From an uncultured Acidimicrobiales bacterium (GTDB lineage Bacteria; Actinomycetota; Acidimicrobiia; Acidimicrobiales; DATKAS01), in contig CAVUAV010000006.1 of the NCBI GenBank assembly GCA_963739555.1, positions 222,760 to 286,759 on the forward strand: 64,000 bases of DNA, in the 5' to 3' direction. Below, one piece after another: positions 29,610-39,913 of this stretch. Both the position numbers and the translations under genes were made by a program. The number at the start of each line of letters is the position of its first letter. Positions within the stretch are counted from its first letter, which is position 1. The notes beneath the pieces were generated by a model, which had not been told where the DNA came from, did not search any database, and saw only the letters and a program-made list of their open reading frames with translations.

Positions 29610-30095
29610 CAGCGGTTCTCGATCTCGGGAGGAGGGCCCGACGGGGGCGTCGACGAAGGAGGCTGCGCAGCGTCGGGTCGGACCTCACACGATGTCACGT
29701 CGCGAACAGTGCCATACGCCCATCGCCCGGTCGTCATCGTCGTCTGCACGCGCTTGCTCGCTGCGCCCCTGATCAGCGAGCGCACCGGAGGCAGGAAGAG
29801 CAGCAAACCGATGGCTGCGGTGACGAAGCCGGGGATCACGAGGAGCACGCCGCCGACCGCCTTCAAGAAGCGGTCCATGAGCTCCTTCGTGGGCACCTCG
29901 CGCTGCTGCCGCGGACCGCTGCAGCGTCGCCATGATGCCGAGGCCCTGCCGCTTCACGACCCAGATCCCGATGATCGACAAGAGGACGAGCAAGCCGATC
30001 GTGTTCCACCAACCGATCGCGCTGGCGACCCAGATCGCGACGCCGATCTCGATGATCGGAACGGCGATCAGGAGGGCCAAGAACACCCTGACCAC
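29609..30095 (-). CDS. fxsA: FxsA family membrane protein, apparent frameshift near 29905-29915
   Basis: The N-terminus is MVRVFLALLIAVPIIEIGVAIWVASAIGWWNT. The C-terminal piece has VIPGFVTAAIGLLLFLPPVR. Confidence 0.75.
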
Positions 30096-30118
30096 CCTAT
30101 CGGCGGGGCATCGTTCCT

Positions 30119-31388
30119 ATGCTCGGCGGCGTGCCCGACAAACCTCCGTCGATCGACGCGTTGGCCCGTTCGATCGCGGACGTCGCGCTGCCGCAGCCGC
30201 TGCTCGTCGACGCCGCTCGCGCCGCGGTCGCGGCGAACGATCCCGACTCGGCGAGAGCGCGTGCCGAGGCGACTGCGCATGCGTTGCTGCAGCCGGTGAT
30301 CAACGCGACAGGTGTGCTGCTCCACACGAACCTCGGGCGCGCTCCCGTCGCGTGGCAGCAGGACGCCGGGTACTCGAACCTCGAGCTCGACCTCGATTCC
30401 GGCCGTCGCGGCTCACGCCACGCGCACGCAGCAGCCCTCATCGCTCGCGCGTGCGGCGCAGAGGCCGCGATGGTCGTGAACAACGGCGCTTCGGCCGTGC
30501 TCCTCGTCCTCGCGGCTGTGGCGCGTGGGCGTGACGTTCTCGTCTCGCGCGGCGAAGCGGTCGAGATCGGCGGAGGGTTCCGGGTACCAGAGGTCATGGC
30601 GGAGTCGGGTGCTCGCCTCGTCGACGTCGGGACGACGAACCGAACTCGCCTCGGCGACTACTCGAGCGCGGTCGAGTCGCGGCGACACCGATGTGGCGCT
30701 CGTGCTGAAGGTGCACCCGTCGAACTACCGCATCGAAGGGTTCACCGAGGGAGTCGAGGTGGCCGAGCTCGCGACGCTCGGTGTGCCGGTCGTCGTCGAC
30801 ATCGGTTCCGGGCTGCTCGACGCTGCGTGTCCGTGGCTGAAGGGTGGCCCTCCCGAATGGGTGCGAGGCGAGCGCGCGGCACGGCAGACGCTCGAGGCGG
30901 GCGCGGCAGCGGTCACGTTCTCGGGCGACAAGCTCCTCGGCGGACCGCAGGCCGGCATCATCGCCGGTCGCCGCGACGTCGTCGACGCGTGCGCACGCCA
31001 CCCTCTCGCTCGCGCGCTCAGAGCCGGTGGGCTCACCCTCGCGGCGCTGCAAGCGACCGCGCTCGCGTACCTCAGCCGTGATGGCAACGCGATCCCGTTC
31101 TGGCGGATGGCGACGATCCCCGTCGGCGACCTCAGAGCCCGCGCCGAGGCGATCGACGTTGGCAAGGTCGTCGAGACGCAAGCCGTCGCGGGAGCGGGCT
31201 CGCTTCCCGGCACCGAGATCCCGTCGGTCGGCCTCGCGGTTCCGGGCGATCACACGACGGCGCTGCGCGGCACGACGCCGCTCCCGATCATCGCCCGCGT
31301 GCACGACGACCTCACGATCTGCGACTTGCGCACCGTCGATCCGACGCACGATCCCGCGCTCGCGTCTGCACTCCGAGCGCTGGCTTGA
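30119..31388 (+). CDS. selA: L-seryl-tRNA(Sec) selenium transferase, apparent frameshift near 30678-30681
   Basis: The motifs include VINATGVLLHTNLGRA and the PLP-lysine motif FSGDKLLGGPQAGII. Confidence 0.9.
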
Positions 31389-33146
31389 CCGACGCCACAC
31401 CGCCAAGCCGCGTCATCGCGACCGCCGGCCACGTCGACCACGGCAAGTCCACGCTCGTCCTCGCGCTGACGGGCACCGACCCCGACCGCTTCGAGGAGGA
31501 GAAGCGCCGTGGGCTCACGATCGACCTCGGCTTCGCGTGGACGGCGCTGCCCTCAGGCGCGTACATCGCATTCGTGGACGTGCCCGGCCACGTCCGCTTC
31601 ATCAAGAACATGCTCGCGGGAGTCGGTTCGGTCGATGCCTGCCTCTTCGTCGTCGCGGCAACGGAGGGGTGGAAGCCGCAGAGCGAGGAGCACCTGCGCA
31701 TCCTCGAGCTGCTCGGCATCGCGCACGGGGTGATCGCGCTGACCCAGACCGACCTCGTTGACCCCGATCACCTCGAGCTCGTGAAGCTCGACCTCGCCGA
31801 GCGTGTGGCGGGAACCTTCCTCGAATCCGCTGAGGTCGTGGACACGGCCGCCCCGCTCGATGTCGGCGTCGACGAGCTGCGCGCCGCCCTCGACCGTCTC
31901 GTGCTGAGCACGCCCGCATCAGAGGACCGCGGGCGTCCCCGATTGTGGATCGACCGGGTCTTCGCGGCGAAGGGGGCGGGCACGGTCGTGACTGGCACGC
32001 TCACGGGTGGCGCGCTCGAAGTCGGCGACGAGGTCGTCGTCGAGCCGGGCCATCGCCAAGCGCGCGTTCGTGCGCTCCAGACGTTCAATCGAGCGGTCGA
32101 CCAGATCGAGCCCGGCAACCGGGTCGCAGTCAACCTCGCCGGCATCGATCACGACGCGGTCTCACGCGGTGACGCGATCGTGCAGCCATCGCGTTGGCGA
32201 CCCGCGAGGGTGTTCGACGCCGAGCTCCGCGCGCTCGGCTCGCTCGCACACGACGTCTCGCGTCGCGGTGCGTACACGCTGTCGATCGGTTCGGGCGAGC
32301 ATCCCGCGCAGCTACGTGTGATCGGCGCTGATGCGATCGCGGCCGGCACGTCGGGATGGGTGCGGCTGAGGATCCCGGCCGCGGTGCCGCTGCTCCCGGG
32401 CGACCGGTTCGTGCTCCGCGAGTCCGGCCGGGCCGAGACCGTCGGCGGCGGCGAGATCGTCGAGCTCGCGCCGGTGCGCACCGTGAGCAAGGCCCATCCC
32501 GATCGCTCCGTCGATCGTCTGATCGCCGAGCGGGGACCGATGCTCCCAACTGACCTCGAGGCGCTCACGGGCGAGCATCGTGATCCGAACTTCGGGCGAT
32601 GGGTCGCAGCTCCCGAGCGCATCGACGAGATTCGCGAGACGGTGGCGCACGCGATCGCGTCGGCGGGCCCGCTCGGTCTCGACATCGCGACACTCGACGA
32701 CTACCAGCGCGAGGCGCTCGCTCACCTCGACGACGTCGCGGTTGAAGGGGGCAGAGCTCGACCTGTCGCCGAAGCCGACCCGCTTTGCAGATCACCCGTT
32801 CCTCGACGATCTCCGCCGCGCTCCGTTCGCGCCGCCGGCGCCGACTTCTGTCGACCGGGGAGAGCTTCGCGAGCTCGTACGCCGCGGCCTCGTCGTCGAA
32901 CGTGACGGGATCTGGTTCGCGGCCGACGCGATCGACGCGGCGGCCGGCATCGCGGCAGCACTGCTGGGCGAGCATCCCGACGGCATCACCGTGTCGCAGA
33001 TCCGCGAGGCCCTCGACACCTCGCGCAAGTACGCGATGCCACTGATCGCGGAGCTCGACGCCCGGGGAGTGACGCGGCGTCGAGACGACCTTCGCATCGC
33101 CGGGCCACGGATGCCCGACGTGCCCGATTCGCCCGATTCGCGTTAG
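31385..33146 (+). CDS. selB: selenocysteine-specific elongation factor, apparent extra G in the GGGGG run at 32747-32751
   Basis: The GTPase motifs are GHVDHGKSTL and DVPGH. The C-terminal winged helix is ITVSQIREALDTSRKYAMPLIAELDARGVTRR. Confidence 0.9.
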
Positions 33147-34162
33147 CGCTCGTCCGAAGGCTTGGCGTTGACCACGGTGCGCAGCGTGCGCACGCGCTTG
33201 CGGTCCTTGCCGAGGAAGCCGGCCCGGCGCGGAGGCGCAGCCGTCTCGAGCTCTCGCGCGACTCTCGCGACCTCAACCGCGTTCGTGATGACCTCGCCGA
33301 ACCCGTCGGGATCCGCGAGCAGCCAGGAGTGCGATCCGTCGACGACCTGACCGTCTGCGCCGACCGCAGCACACAGAGCGTCGAACGACTCTCTCGGGAT
33401 GATGCCGTCGCGCGTGCCCCACAGCACGACGACCGGAAGCTCGCGCCGCTTCAGCGCCTCGAGCTCATAGGTGAGGTCGACGCGCCGAGCGAGGAACCCC
33501 ACCTTGAGCAGCGCCCGAGGGTTGCGCAGCAGGTTCGGCAGCGCATCTTCGAGCATGATCGGGATGACCTTCGTGGCCTGCGGGATCGGCCACATGTCGC
33601 TCGGGAAGTGCAGGCCCCAGTCCCACAGCGGACGGTCCGCGAGTGACTTGAGCTTCGAGCCCGCCTTCCACGCGGACCCGCCGATCGAGTTGACGAGGAC
33701 GAGAGAGCGCACGCGCTCGGGGAAGTCGTACGCGAACCGGATCGCGACCCCGCCACCGAACGAGTGGCCGATCAGGAAGACGGGCTCGTCGATGTGCACG
33801 GCCTCGAGGAACCGCTCGACCCACCGCGCATAGCCGGCGAGCGAGAACTCGCGCTTGGGGAGCTCGGCGGTGCCGCCGAACCCAGGCTGAGCCGGTGCGT
33901 ACACGCGGCACCCCTGCGCGACGAGCCGCTGGATCGCTCCCTTGTACGCGTGGTGGGCCAGGCCCCATCCGTGGAGGATGACCACGGGGAGTCCTTCTCC
34001 CGCCACTCCATACATCGCGGGACGCTCGTCGACCCAGGTGCGCTTCCAGACCACAGGCGCGCGTTCGCTCGTCGCGGGATCGAGAGGTGCGGCGATGCCC
34101 AGCTCGGGGCCCCGCCCGCCCTCGGCCGAGGCGTCACGGACGCTGGCCACCAGTGACACCAT
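33143..34162 (-). CDS. alpha/beta hydrolase
   Basis: Intact 339 aa with HGWG and the nucleophile elbow GHSFGG. Confidence 0.8.
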   Translation of the reverse strand: MVSLVASVRDASAEGGRGPELGIAAPLDPATSERAPVVWKRTWVDERPAMYGVAGEGLPVVILHGWGLAHHAYKGAIQRLVAQGCRVYAPAQPGFGGTAELPKREFSLAGYARWVERFLEAVHIDEPVFLIGHSFGGGVAIRFAYDFPERVRSLVLVNSIGGSAWKAGSKLKSLADRPLWDWGLHFPSDMWPIPQATKVIPIMLEDALPNLLRNPRALLKVGFLARRVDLTYELEALKRRELPVVVLWGTRDGIIPRESFDALCAAVGADGQVVDGSHSWLLADPDGFGEVITNAVEVARVARELETAAPPRRAGFLGKDRKRVRTLRTVVNAKPSDER

Positions 34163-34227
34163 ACCCAGCGAACGTCACTCGCATGCGAGCGAGTGTTGCG
34201 AAGCTGTGTCGGAAGCGTCGGGCGGTG

Positions 34228-34488
34228 TCAGCCGCGGTGAGCGAGCAGCTGCTTTCGCTCGAGCTCGTTCAGCCCGCCCCAGATGCCGTGCTGCTCACGG
34301 ATCCGGAGCGCGTAGGACAGGCAGGGCTCGCGCACGTTGCACTGCGCGCAGATCGCCTTGGCCCGTTCCTCACGTTCGGCCTTCTCTTCCTTGCGCTCGA
34401 ACTGGGACGGCGGGAAGAAGACGACGGCCTGGGGCCCGCGACACGCCGCCTTGACCTGCCAGGCCTCCTCGTTGCGCTGAGCGGTCAC
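34228..34488 (-). CDS. whiB: WhiB-family [4Fe-4S] transcription factor
   Basis: The Cys pattern is C-x(n)-C-x2-C-x5-C (AACRG...AICAQCNVREPC), followed by the GIWGG turn. Confidence 0.9.
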   Translation of the reverse strand: MTAQRNEEAWQVKAACRGPQAVVFFPPSQFERKEEKAEREERAKAICAQCNVREPCLSYALRIREQHGIWGGLNELERKQLLAHRG

Positions 34489-34594
34489 GCCCGTGTACCC
34501 CCTTGTCAGGAGGCCGACCGTACAACCGCTGCTCGCGGCCTTTCAACGGTGAACTTTCGCGAATTCTGTGAATACTCGCGCGAACTCGTGCAGG

Positions 34595-35954
34595 TCAGGA
34601 CCGGTCGTAGGGCGCTTCATTACGGGCCTCCTCAGTGGATTCGGCCCCTTTTCGGCGCTCGCGCTGCTCGCGGTAGTCGCGCGCGCCGCCCGCCTCGGGC
34701 TCGACCTCGAGCAACGGGCCATCGACTTCCACCACACGGATCGGGTCGCCGGCCTTGATCGGGGTCGCACGGTTCGTGCGGGCGCGCCACTGCGGCGTCA
34801 CGGACGCGCACCACTCCGTCAGGATCCACGTCGACCACCGCGGTGCCCATCTCGCCGATCATCCACTCGCGGCCGATCGTGGGCGTCGCGAACCTCGTGC
34901 GGATCATGGTCGGCATCCCGGCGAGCATCGCGAGCAGCACTCCGGCAATCGCGAACAGCAAGGTGATCCAGGAGAGCGACAGGCCGTCGTAGAGGAGGAG
35001 GCTGCCGCCCGTGAACGCTGCGGTGCCCACGCCTGTCCAGAAGCGCGGCACCCCGGTCTGCACGTCGATGGCGAACGCGAGCATCGAGAGGAGGATGAGC
35101 GCGACGGCCGCGGGTCGAGTCGGGAGCACGTCGAGCCCGTACGCGCTGAGCACCAGGAAGAGCGCGCCCACACCGCCTGCGATGCCGACGCCCGCGACGT
35201 AGAACTCGAACACCAGCAGCACGAGCCCGATCGTCAGCATCAGGTAGGCGACTGGTGGGCTCGCGACGGTGTGCAGCAGGCGAGGCAGCAGGTCGAGCTT
35301 CGAGAACCTCACCTGCGCGATCGGCTGGCTGCGAGGGCCATTCGTGCCTTGGACGATCTGCGCGGTGTGCAGAGTCGTGCCGTTCACGTCGAGACCGTCG
35401 AGCCCCACGATGAACTGGCCGAGCACGGGGGAGTTGAGGTCGATGACGCCCGCGGCGACCGCTTCGGTCGCTCCGAGCGACGAGCAGCACCACTTCTCGA
35501 TCGTCGCCTTGTCACTCACGGTGAGCGCGGTGGCGTCGAGCGGATCGCCGAAGTTGCCGACGCGACTGCCCGGCGAGATGCCCGTGACACCCGCAACGAG
35601 CAGGAGCTGCCCGCTGCCTTGGTACGCCCGGGCACCGCTCGGCCCGACCCAGATCGCGATCGGAACCTTGGACGCCGCGACGTCGTCGAGTAGGGCAGCC
35701 ATCTGGTCGTCGTCGATGACGGCCTTCTTGCTGTTGAGCTGGATGACGAGCGCCTGGACCTTCTGGCTCTCCGCGCGGTCGATCGCGTGCTCGATGAAGT
35801 CGGCCTGGACGGGGTCGAGCAAGCCGGTGACTTCGATCACGTTGATCGGCGGGACCTTTGGGGCATCCTGCGCGCTTGCCGGATGCGCGACGAAGAGGGT
35901 GCTCGCGGCCACGAGGGCGCCGAGGGCGGCGCACACCCTGGATAGTCTGCGCAA
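34595..35954 (-). CDS. long-form NfeD (ClpP-class membrane protease with C-terminal OB domain), apparent 1-nt insertion near 34793
   Basis: The proposed TTG start gives the signal peptide MRRLSRVCAALGALVAASTLFVAHPASA. This is followed by a ClpP-like ectodomain, 4-5 TM segments and then QWRARTNRATPIKAGDPIRVVEVDGPLLEVEP in a shifted frame. Confidence 0.75.
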
Positions 35955-35976
35955 CCGAGCCTCCGAAGGGGGATGG

Positions 35977-36939
35977 TTGGATCCGCTGGCGTTCTTCGCC
36001 ACGTCCCGGTTGGTCATCGTGGCCGGGAAGGGCGGCGTGGGCAAAACCACGGTGACCGCAGCGCTCGCGGTCGCGGCAGCCAAGTCTGGCCTGCGTGTGC
36101 TCGTGGTGGAAGTCGAGGGCAAGAGCGGCCTGGCCCGGCTGTTCGGCCTCGGCGCGCTGCACTACGACGAGGCCACGGTGCTCGAGGGTGCCGGGTCCGG
36201 AACCGTGCAGGCCCGAGCGATCACGCCAACCGACGCGTTGCTCGAGTACCTCGTCGACCACGGCATGCGCCGGCTCTCGAACCGTCTCGTCCGCGGAGGT
36301 GCCCTCGACGTCGTGGCGACCGCGGCTCCCGGGATCGAGGACATCCTCGTGCTCGGGAAGGTGAAGCAGCTCGAGCGAGGTGGCGCCGTCGACGTGATCT
36401 TGCTCGACGCGCCTGCGGCGGGCCACGCGATCACGTTCCTCGAATCGGCGCGGGGTCTGCTCGACGCTGTCACGGTCGGGCCCATCAACACCCAAGCGCG
36501 CGATGTCATGGAGATGCTGAACGACCCGGAGCGCTGTTCGGTGGTGCTCGTCACGCTGCCGGAAGAGACACCGGTCAACGAGCTCGTCGACACGGCGTAC
36601 TCACTAGAAGATCGTGTCGGCATCAGTCTCGGTCCCGTGATCGTCAACGGCCTCTACCCGGAGCGCGCCGGGATGGACGTCGACCCGGCCGCGGCCGCCG
36701 AAGCGAGTGGAGTCGCGCTCATGCCCGGCGAGGCGGACGCGTTGCGCACCGCGGCCAGGTTCCGCACCGCACGTGTCACGTTGCAGAACGAGCAGATCGC
36801 GCGGCTGTCCGAGCGTCTGCCGCTTCTGCAGATCCACCTCCCGTTCCTGTTCAAGACCGACCTCGCCCGCGACGACGTCCACGTGCTTGCCGACGCGGTG
36901 CTCGAGGGCATCGCCGGTCTCGACGCGCTGCCGACATGA
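35977..36939 (+). CDS. ArsA/Get3-like ATPase, subunit 1
   Basis: A TTG start follows GAAGGGGG. The Walker A motif is VAGKGGVGKTT. The ORF is intact. Confidence 0.8.
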   Translation: MDPLAFFATSRLVIVAGKGGVGKTTVTAALAVAAAKSGLRVLVVEVEGKSGLARLFGLGALHYDEATVLEGAGSGTVQARAITPTDALLEYLVDHGMRRLSNRLVRGGALDVVATAAPGIEDILVLGKVKQLERGGAVDVILLDAPAAGHAITFLESARGLLDAVTVGPINTQARDVMEMLNDPERCSVVLVTLPEETPVNELVDTAYSLEDRVGISLGPVIVNGLYPERAGMDVDPAAAAEASGVALMPGEADALRTAARFRTARVTLQNEQIARLSERLPLLQIHLPFLFKTDLARDDVHVLADAVLEGIAGLDALPT

Positions 36940-38011
36940 CGCTCGACGAGATCGTCGCGGGCAGCTCGATCGTGCTGTGCTGCGGCACTGGAGGCGTCGG
37001 GAAGACCACGATCGCGGCGTCGATCGCGCTGCACGGCGCGCGCAGAGGGGTCGACGTTGTGTCGTCGTGACCATCGACCCTGCGAAGCGCCTCGCCGACG
37101 CGTTGGGTCTCGAAGGGCTCACGAACACTCCGTCCGAGATCGACGGTGACTGGCCGGGACAGCTGTGGGCGATGATGCTCGACACGAAGACGACCTTCGA
37201 CGAGCTGGTGGCGCGCAACGCATCAGATCCCGCGCAGGCTCAGCGGATCTACGGCAACCGCTTCTACCGCAACATCTCCGGGCGGCTCTCGGGCACGCAG
37301 GAGTACATGGCGATGGAGAAGCTCTACGAGCTGCACGAGGAATCGAAGTTCGACCTCGTCGTGGTCGACACGCCTCCCACGCGCAACGCCCTCGACTTCC
37401 TCGACGCGCCGCGGCGGCTCACTCGCTTCCTCGACCATCGCCTCTACCGCATCCTCATGACGCCCGGTCGCGCCTACGTCAAGGCGGTGAACGTCGCCGC
37501 GCAGGCATTCCTCCGCACGGTCTCGAAGGTCGTCGGAGGCGACGTGATCGATGACGCGATCGCGTTCTTCCAGGCATTCGACGGGATGGAGGCCGGCTTC
37601 CGCGATCGAGCGGAGCGGGTGCTCGAGCTGCTCACCGCGCGTGAGACGTCATTCGTGCTCGTGGCGTCACCGCGCGGTGACACCGTGGAGGAGGCGTCGT
37701 ACTTCGCGGACCGGCTGGCGGAAGGCGGCATCTCGGTCGCAGCCCTCGTCGTGAACCGGATGCATCCGCGGTTCGGCACCGGACTCGCAGAGGCGACGCG
37801 TGAACGCGCTCGCACGCTGGCGGGCACCGATCTCGGCGAGCTGTTCGCGAACCTCGCCGACTTCGAGCTCGTCGCCGCGCGCGAGGAGGATCACCTCGCC
37901 GGTCTGGCCGCGCGTGTCGAGCCCGCGCCGGTGGTGCGCGTGCCGTTCCTCGAGAGCGACGTGCACGACCTCGGCGGTCTGGATGCGATCGGCGCGCACC
38001 TCTTTCGGTAG
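36936..38011 (+). CDS. ArsA/Get3-like ATPase, subunit 2, apparent 1-nt deletion near 37047-37051
   Basis: MTLDEIVAGSSIVLCCGTGGVGKTT...ARRG joins to RRCVVVTIDPAKRLADALGL. An ATGA overlap couples it to subunit 1. Confidence 0.8.
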
Positions 38012-38020
38012 CCTCGCTCC

Positions 38021-38434
38021 GTGCCCGTGATCCTCGTTGCGACCGATGCCGACTGGATCCTCGGCGAGGTGAGGGCGGCGCTCGGCGGGAGGGACACGAC
38101 GATCCGCTGGGTGCGTGCCGGAAAGGACGTGGTGCCCGCGCTGAAGGTCGAGCCCGCCGACCTCGTCGTCCTCGATCTGCAGATCGGGAACATGGGTGGC
38201 ATGGCCGTGTGCATGGACATCCGGCTCGAGGCGGGAGCCGATCGGCTGCCCGACGTCGGTGTGCTGATGCTCCTCGATCGTGCCGCCGATGTGTTCTTGG
38301 CGCAGCGCTCCCACGCTGATGGCTGGCTCATCAAGCCACTCGACGCCTTCCGACTGCGCCGCGCCGCCGACGCGATCTTGCGCGACGAGACCTACGAAGA
38401 GGGCGTGCCCGCGCCTGCCCCCGAGGTCGCCTAG
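38021..38434 (+). CDS. stand-alone response-regulator receiver domain
   Basis: It has the acidic pocket TDAD, a putative phospho-Asp in VVLDLQIGNMGG, and LIKPLD. Confidence 0.75.
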   Translation: MPVILVATDADWILGEVRAALGGRDTTIRWVRAGKDVVPALKVEPADLVVLDLQIGNMGGMAVCMDIRLEAGADRLPDVGVLMLLDRAADVFLAQRSHADGWLIKPLDAFRLRRAADAILRDETYEEGVPAPAPEVA

Positions 38435-38742
38435 CCAGCGAGCGCGGCAGCGGAGCGCGTCGAGCCGCTCGGGCACGGCGCGCCAATAGACCCACCGCCC
38501 CCGCTTCTCACCCACGATGAGCCCGGCGTCGCTGAGCGCCTTGGTGTGATGGCTGATCGTCGGTTGGGCCTTGCCCAACGGCTCGACCAAGTTGCACGAG
38601 CAGACCGCGTCAGCGGTGGCGATCATGCTGAGGAGTCGAAGGCGAACCGGGTCGGCGAGCGCCGCGAAGCCCCGGGCCAGGTCCTCCGCCTCGACTGCGG
38701 CGAGGGGCGCGACCAGGATCGACGGGCAGCACGTATTGACAT
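38431..38742 (-). CDS. arsR: ArsR-family metalloregulator; both ends need frame corrections
   Basis: The core is FAALADPVRLRLLSMIATADAVCSCNLVEPLGKAQPTISHHTKALSDAGLIVGEKRGRWVYW. An N-terminal CC pair (NTCCP) is present. A natural stop (AAALAG*) is reached only after a +1 shift near 38450. Confidence 0.7.
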
Positions 38743-38752
38743 CGGTCGATGT
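38739..38752. promoter_or_regulatory. 6-2-6 inverted repeat in the arsR/arsI divergent region (candidate ArsR operator)
   Basis: The repeat is ACATCG-gt-CGATGT. The GATGTAT motif recurs at 38766-38772 and small palindromes (CAACAGTTG, ATCGAT) are nearby. Confidence 0.35.
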
Positions 38753-38803
38753 ATTTGCAACAGTTGATGTATCGATGGTTGTGAATCTATCAGGAGCCAG
38801 GTG

Positions 38804-39232
38804 ATGTCAAGGGTCCAGCTCGCACTCAACGTGTCCGACCTCGACGAGGCCGTCGCCTTCTATTCGAAGCTGTTCGGCACGCCCCCTCGCAAGGTTCGTC
38901 CGGGATACGCCAACTTCGCGATCGTCGAGCCGCCGCTCAAGCTCGTGCTGATGGCGGGCGACGGCGTGCCCGGAACGCTCAACCACCTCGGCGTCGAGGT
39001 CGACGACACCGAGGCCGTCGCTGCAGCGCATGTTCGCCTGGAGGGTGAGGGCCTCGCGTGCGCGACCGAGGACGAGGTCGCGTGCTGCTATGCGGTGCAA
39101 GACAAGGTCTGGGTCGACGCGCCCGACGGCGAGCCGTGGGAGATCTACACCGTGCTCGAGGACATCGAGACGGCACGCGCGATGAGCTCTGTTGCTCGTC
39201 AGCGCCGGAGTCGGCCGCCGCGCTGCTGCTGA
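38804..39232 (+). CDS. ArsI/CadI-family glyoxalase-fold metalloenzyme
   Basis: MSRVQLALNVSDLDEAVAFYSKLFGT...PGYANFAI..PPLKLVL...LNHLGVEV...ACCYAVQDKVWV, with the vicinal Cys pair. The last ~20 codons may contain compensating indels. Confidence 0.8.
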   Translation: MSRVQLALNVSDLDEAVAFYSKLFGTPPRKVRPGYANFAIVEPPLKLVLMAGDGVPGTLNHLGVEVDDTEAVAAAHVRLEGEGLACATEDEVACCYAVQDKVWVDAPDGEPWEIYTVLEDIETARAMSSVARQRRSRPPRCC

Positions 39233-39234
39233 CG

Positions 39235-39913
39235 TTGCCCGCCGACCTCGGCAAGACGCGCCACTGCAGAGGCAGTCGGCACCGGCTTCCTCGTCGCCGT
39301 CGTCGTCGGCTCGGGCATCTTCGCCCAACGGCTGTCGCCGAACGACATCGGGTTGCAGCTGCTCGAGAACTCCATCGCGACGGGCGCTGGGCTGATCGCG
39401 CTCATCCTCGCCTTCATGTCGATCTCAGGCGCTCACTTCAACCCCGTCGTGACGCTCGCGAGTCGGCTCGCTGGTCACCTCGACAACCGCGAGAGCGTCG
39501 TGTACGTCATCGCGCAGGTTGCGGGTGGCTGCGTGGGCGTGGTCGTCGCGAACCTCATGTTCGACCTGCCTGCGGTCGACGCTCTCCACCCACGACCGTT
39601 CGTCCGCCGGCGTGTGGCTGGGGGAGGTCGTCGCGACGTTCGGGCTTCTGCTCGTGATCCTCGCTCTCGCACGTACGGATCGCTCGTCGTTCGTGCCGTT
39701 CGCGGTCGGCGGCTACATCGCCGCCGCCTACTGGTTCACGAGCTCGACGAGCTTCGCGAACCCGCCGTGACGATCGCCCGCTCGTTGACCAACACGTTCG
39801 CGGGCATCAGCCCTTCGTCCGTGCCGGCGTTCGTGATCGCACAGCTCGCCGGTGGCCTCGCCGCGATCGCGTTCTGCGCGTACCTCTATCGCACGGCAGT
39901 GGAGGTCTCATGA
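39235..39913 (+). CDS. MIP/aquaglyceroporin-type channel (arsenite channel candidate); at least 3 apparent frame changes (about 39262, 39580, 39767); start uncertain
   Basis: AEAVGTGFLVAVVVGSGI...SGAHFNPVVT...STHDRSSAGVWLGEVVATFG...FANP|AVTIARS. The second NPA box is restored by adding one C. Confidence 0.75.

Noticed and set aside
34548-34573. Upstream of whiB there are two GTGAA pentamers 19 nt apart flanking a TTCGCGAA palindrome. This could be a CRP-type site.
   Set aside because: There is no TGTGA-n6-TCACA dyad symmetry, which is too weak to call.
39230-39280. The TGA that ends the arsI-like gene is followed, in the same frame, by the MIP channel's TM1. A 12-bp interrupted hairpin (GCCGAC...GTCGGC, 39241-39280) also follows. 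With selA/selB only 8 kb away, this could be read as a Sec/readthrough ArsI-MIP fusion.
   Set aside because: Wobble-position G/C content between 39172 and 39262 favours a different frame. CadI/ArsI proteins end in a terminal CC just as this ORF does, as I recall. The MIP gene already needs several other indel corrections, and GC-rich hairpins are common here. An indel plus the TTG start at 39235 is the simpler reading.
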